DNA of 64,000 bases from Klebsormidium nitens (taxonomy: Eukaryota > Plantae > Klebsormidiophyceae): NCBI GenBank assembly GCA_000708835.1, contig DF237041.1, positions 148,401 to 212,400 on the forward strand, in the 5' to 3' direction. A program made the translations under genes and the position numbers. Below, piece by piece: positions 61,016 to 64,000 of the stretch (position 1 is its first letter; each line of letters begins with the position of its first letter). Under the pieces are notes generated by a model. That model did no database searches. It was not told the DNA's origin and saw only the letters and a program-made list of their open reading frames with translations.

Positions 61016-61410
61016 AAATGATGATGATGAGGTTGAAGTATAGTATAAAGGCCCTAGCATCAGCCCCTCCCCCTTTCCCCCTTTATCTTCTACTTCATCA
61101 TCATCATTCTCCTATATATCCCGCCATAGGCAAAAATGATGATGACTCGGATGAACAAGTTGAATCAGGGTATAAAGGTCCAAGCATCAGCCCCTCCCCC
61201 TTCCCCCCATATCTTTCTCTTCATCATCTTCATTTAGTATGTAAGTATATGTGATGATGATGAAGACATTGATTTGAGTATATAGGGATAGACAACAGCC
61301 GTCTAAGTACAATTGATGATGATGAACCTAGTGAATTAGCTGTATATAGGGGCTTAAAACCAGCTAAGTAGAGTTGATGATGATGAACCAAGTGAATCGA
61401 GGGTATAGGT
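61016..61410. repeat. Degenerate, largely inverted continuation of the satellite (TGATGATGA motifs) with two ~120-bp duplicated modules
   Basis: tgatgatga at about 61019, 61137, 61252, 61315, 61375; tcatcat at about 61095 and 61221; tataaagg(c/t)cc(t/a)agcatcagcccctccccc occurs twice. Confidence 0.7.
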
Positions 61411-64000
61411 TTAGGTTGACTGTATGGTTCGGCTTGTAGTCACGTTAACAAGATGTGTAACCCGGATTTCACAATGAATATTAATCAAATTTCCAAAAAA
61501 TTAGAATGATGATGAAAATGACAGAGAATGTCTATTCTTGTAATCCTTCATTCCCCATTGGTACTTCCTCCCTCCTTTCCCCCTCCTTTTGGCTAGTGAG
61601 CGTTCAGAACATCTGTCGTCTGAATCAAGGTTCCAATTTAGAAGAAATCGATACCCATCATTTGGCAAAAAGTAGAGCAGGTCACATAATCATGGGTTTA
61701 ACGGCAGGTTCTCAAGTGGTTGACGAAGCTTCTCCGTATGTGCCACCAGCCCTTGCGAGCTTTTTGAACACTCTTCTAGGAAGTTGTTCAAAGCGACTGC
61801 GCTGATCGAAGTGCATGATCAGAACCCTCGTTTTCAGAGTTGCTGCTCAAGGACCTCTGGTACATGCAGACTGGCAGCATGCAGAGTCTAGCTTCTTAGG
61901 GCGAGTATTTCTTCGTATAAAAAGCTGGGATAAACTTTGTGGAAAGTTCTTGCCAGATAGCTGGAAGATGTTTTGATTGTCCCGGTTCAAAATACCCTCT
62001 TCCGCACGACACCTCAAGCTACATTTGCGGTACGTTTCTCAGGCCATCATTAACGCATGCGACCACATGTTCCGTATAACTCTTCTGCAGAAGACGAAGA
62101 GCGAAAGGAGAAAAGAAGGAACAAGCGGGAAGCGCAGAGAAGGCGACGGGAGGAAACTCAGAGCCTTTCTTGGATTGCTAAAGCTTAACGAATGCCATGT
62201 CGGGCTTCTTTCTTCCCGTCACAGCGAGTCAACTTTGCAAGTTTAGCAGGTGCCTTGAACCACATGCAAGGCCAAGAGTTCGGCCAGAGCTGTAGATTGC
62301 TTATATGTTTTGTGGACTATTAATCCTGAAAGCCTTCGTGTCTTGTGCTAATCAGTCATCGGAGGCTGATGTACGGCATTGCATCGTTGCATGTCTGCAA
62401 TGATAGTCACTTGCAGCATGATGGTTGAAATATGATACCGATGCACCACTCCTTCGTGCATATAGAGTAGTGCACTTATGAGCAGTATGTGCTGATTCGG
62501 GAAGTTGAATGTTTGCATCTGATGGAGCAGCAAGTTTATGACAGATACTTCGTAGCCGACGAGTCAAGCAGGAGCTCAAAGACCGTAGCAGATTCTGTAT
62601 TTACTTTAGAAACTTTGCTTAAGCAGTAATTAGGTTGAATGCTTCGTGAAAATACTTACACGACGTACTTCAGCTCTTTTTAATTTCACGTGCTGGCTGC
62701 GAGTCTCACTTCCGGCTGACCTCCACACGAGCTCGATTGTGAAGTGCAAAGCACGTGGAAAAGGGTAGCCGACTAGGCACGGTAACTGCACGAGCGACCA
62801 GTTCCTAGCCAACGACTGACTAATCTTGTGGACCTTTTTGTTCCCTTCGAGACGATTCGTCATCAACTTATGCTTATCTTAACATGCATCTGTCATACTT
62901 TGAGACCACAGATAGCAAACATATGCATGCACTCAAATATCTGGCGTTCACTAAAAGGATGAGAGCTCATCTGCGATCCTTCAAATAGAAAAAAGTGGTC
63001 CAAGCAATTCTGTGGAAGTATAAACATCATAATACTCACCTCAGTTTACCCCGAGGAAAAACCTGCATGTTTGGACGTGGAACGAAGCGAAAATGCGTAG
63101 AGTTTAGCGGGTATCAGTCGACGCTGGCCAGCCCTGACGTCATCCTCTGGCCAGGCATTTATGATGGGATCAAACCTCTCATTGACATTGGCAAATGTGA
63201 CTCCTGCGTTTTCAGGATACCACAACGGAACTTGAATGAAAAGCACAGGGCTCCCAACTCTTCCTAGGCCGCATTTGAAACACACAAGTAACTATTTGAA
63301 CACCTAAGTACGCCATTTGTCTTTACATGGACCATTTCTCGATTTTTGCGTGTCATCCTTGCGCAGAGGACATGAAACTGCATCAATGGCGTTCGCGGTG
63401 GGCCGGTCGCGGGTCGGATGATCGGCGTCATGCAGCTGGCCGCGCTGCGCCGAACGCGGCCGCGACAAGAGCGCCCGCGATTGGCGCGCTGCATTCAGAC
63501 TTTCAAGACGTCAAACCCCCAGACACAGCGCGCATCTGCACGAACGGCTAGTGAATTCAGCAGATTCTGCCTCTCTGAACGGTCCAAGATCTATTCCTGG
63601 AGCAACTTCGCGTCATTGTACAAGTCAGCGCATGTGGCGCACTAGCAAAGCGTTCGCGTCCATGAATCACAAAACCTTCCATTTCACTTGTCCCAGCACC
63701 TTGAACAACGCCTTCTAGGGAGTTCTGCGAGAACAGGAGCAGCAAACTTGACCACGATCAACATCTGTAGAGGAAGACTCTGTGGTGTAACGATTACGAT
63801 TGGTTAAGCCTAACCTCGTTCTCGACAGGATTTCGTTGACCGCGAGTTAGCGAAACGGCGGTGGTTACGTCTTAACGACGCACTGCGTGGCTGTCTGCAA
63901 GACGCCGTAATATCCCGGATGGATCGGCTTCTGTGAGCCGATGTCACCGTTCAGGATAAGTTGTGTTCGGCTTCGCCGTTCGATGCAGCCAAGCTTATCT

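Noticed and set aside
60188-61254. His-rich ORFs over the satellite as annotated genes; satellite as CRISPR array
   Set aside because: ORFs arise because the repeat lacks plus-strand stops and they shift frame between units; units are contiguous with no unique spacers and there are no cas genes in this eukaryotic context.
61500-63750. Short ORFs that look vaguely protein-like (e.g. 63046-63285 minus, 61977-62246 plus)
   Set aside because: Frames are not colinear, no motifs recognised, and no consistent exon chain.
63786-64000. TGTAAC-initiated possible LTR start at the right edge
   Set aside because: Only a 6-bp motif; the partner end is outside the window.

Overview
Intron-rich eukaryotic nuclear DNA with GC-rich exons and mostly GT-AG introns. 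Gene content (plant-type VDAC exon layout, J-domain/DUF3444 protein, Root_cap protein, filamin-CCCH-RRM protein, plastid-type carotenoid cleavage dioxygenase) points to a streptophyte alga such as Klebsormidium; the taxon is an inference. Eight genes were assembled by hand with consistent exon phases: VDAC (-, runs off the left edge), CHCHD2/MIX17-like (+), Yip1/YIPF6 (-), a ~1360-aa disordered protein with an EAR-like motif (+), a filamin-CCCH-RRM SR-like protein (-), DnaJ-DUF3444 (+), a Root_cap/GDPH secreted protein (+) and an 8-exon carotenoid cleavage dioxygenase (-). Non-genic features include a 623-bp MITE with 37-bp TIRs and a CTG target duplication, a 57-bp palindrome-bearing satellite that flips into an inverted arm, and several decayed intron-less ORF relics. 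The most unusual pattern is repeated 'splice-site echoes': introns contain diverged copies of the adjacent real exon end. There are 8 copies at 7 loci in 4 genes, 5 of them in the CCD gene. Four would give a premature stop if used and one could form an in-frame 69-nt cassette. No tRNA, rRNA or CRISPR array is supported. All coordinates and identity counts were done by hand, with no database searches.
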